A DNA stretch of 64,000 bases from NCBI GenBank assembly GCA_900617105.1, contig UYFQ01000032.1, positions 124,001-188,000 of the forward strand. The letters are read 5' to 3'. This document shows, piece after piece, positions 63,240 through 64,000 of the stretch. Position 1 is the stretch's first letter. Every line of letters begins with the position of its first letter. The stretch comes from Hydrurus foetidus (lineage: Eukaryota). Both the position numbers and the translations under genes were made by a program. Under the pieces are notes generated by a model, which made no database searches, had not been told where the DNA came from, and worked only from the letters and a program-made list of their open reading frames with translations.

Positions 63240-63966
63240 AAAGAATTGCCATCAAGGCGCTGAGGCCAAACCATTGGAAGGCGTAGCCGTAGTGTTTTTC
63301 GATGCCGAAGCTGGGTGCAGCCCAGTCACGCAGCAAGCCATCAGGCGTAGCGTCCGTTTGTAACAGCAAATGATCCCACAGGGGGAGTTGCGTCTCGGAC
63401 TTATAAGCGCTCAGGCTGAGATTTTGCCGTATACGGCTGGGGGCAGTGACTTCGGCAGGCTTGGTTTGCAGCAAGTCCAGCAAATGTGCAGGGCCAGCGG
63501 CAATGCGCCCCGTGATTTGAACGCCACCTTCTGGGGTAATGAGCGCAGGCAGGCGCTCGCGGTCAGTGAAATCGCGTTGCACCCAACCACGCTGCACCAT
63601 CACCACATGGCCAGTCTGGGCAAGCTTCAAGGGCGTCAGCACGAAAAAACCCTGCTTGGCGTTCATCTGGCGGTTGTCAAGGTACACGGTGTATTGCGGC
63701 AACCATGTACCTTGCAGCGTCAATGTGCGGTCAATGACATCGTTTTGCGATGTTGCAACAGGCGCATTGGAGGTACTGAGCGCCAGTACATCCTGCGAAC
63801 TCAACGGAGAAAGGGCTGCCTGAGTCATCACGCGCACCTGCAAAGCTTCTTTTTGAGCAGCACGGGACAACTGCCAGCGCCCAAGCAGCAGCCCCACTGC
63901 AACGACAACAAGCGCTGCAACAGTGATAGACCAAAAATGGGACTGAACACGCACTGTGCTGTTCAC
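63193..63966 (-). CDS. SURF1-family cytochrome oxidase assembly protein
   Basis: LGRWQLSRA, LDNR, GFFVLTP, VQRGW, HYGYAFQWF. Confidence 0.93.
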   Translation of the reverse strand: MNSTVRVQSHFWSITVAALVVVAVGLLLGRWQLSRAAQKEALQVRVMTQAALSPLSSQDVLALSTSNAPVATSQNDVIDRTLTLQGTWLPQYTVYLDNRQMNAKQGFFVLTPLKLAQTGHVVMVQRGWVQRDFTDRERLPALITPEGGVQITGRIAAGPAHLLDLLQTKPAEVTAPSRIRQNLSLSAYKSETQLPLWDHLLLQTDATPDGLLRDWAAPSFGIEKHYGYAFQWFGLSALMAILYVWFQLVPRFRKQPV

Positions 63967-63981
63967 GGGATAATGGAAGCC

Positions 63982-64000
63982 ATGAATTACCTTGTACCGA
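63982..64000 (+). CDS. Start of a divergent small membrane protein (partial)
   Basis: ATG (MNYLVP) divergent from SURF1, where a twin-TM small protein usually lies; only six codons visible. Confidence 0.3.

Noticed and set aside
1..64000. CRISPR array, tRNA, rRNA, prophage or integrase
   Set aside because: No regularly spaced repeats, cloverleaf, rRNA-like tract, phage structural genes or tyrosine/serine recombinase seen by eye.

Overview
A 64 kb stretch of a GC-rich betaproteobacterial chromosome; gene order suggests Comamonadaceae (inference). Core blocks are mlaEF (frameshifted, probably by sequence error), gltBD, dgt-aroB-aroK, pilMNOPQ, mrcA, cyaY-lptM-lysA, msrPQ, System II cytochrome c biogenesis with cytochrome c4, engB, a pabBC fusion, rpoH with a perfect CIRCE, and a cytochrome oxidase assembly cluster. 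Accessory DNA: (1) an AT-rich ABC/AAA ATPase + HNH nuclease pair (Septu PtuAB-like) just upstream of a RAYT-type Y1 transposase; (2) two Ig-fold, Ca-loop lipoprotein genes inside the pilQ-aroK operon, sharing a low-GC dip with the 3' end of pilQ, which is my best candidate for an undescribed system; (3) a roughly 23 kb mosaic after engB containing an intact IS5-family element, a decayed RHH-VbhA/Fic toxin-antitoxin module, a sigma54/GntR-controlled amino-acid ABC operon, a MerR/CDF metal module, a phnW-less aminophosphonate cluster with a Pho box and broken genes at both ends, a HindVP-like type II R-M system and a LysR-RidA-hydrolase islet. A short degenerate AT-rich repeat recurs at least six times, often inside genes. 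No rRNA, tRNA or CRISPR array was seen. All family calls come from motif recognition by eye, not from database searches.
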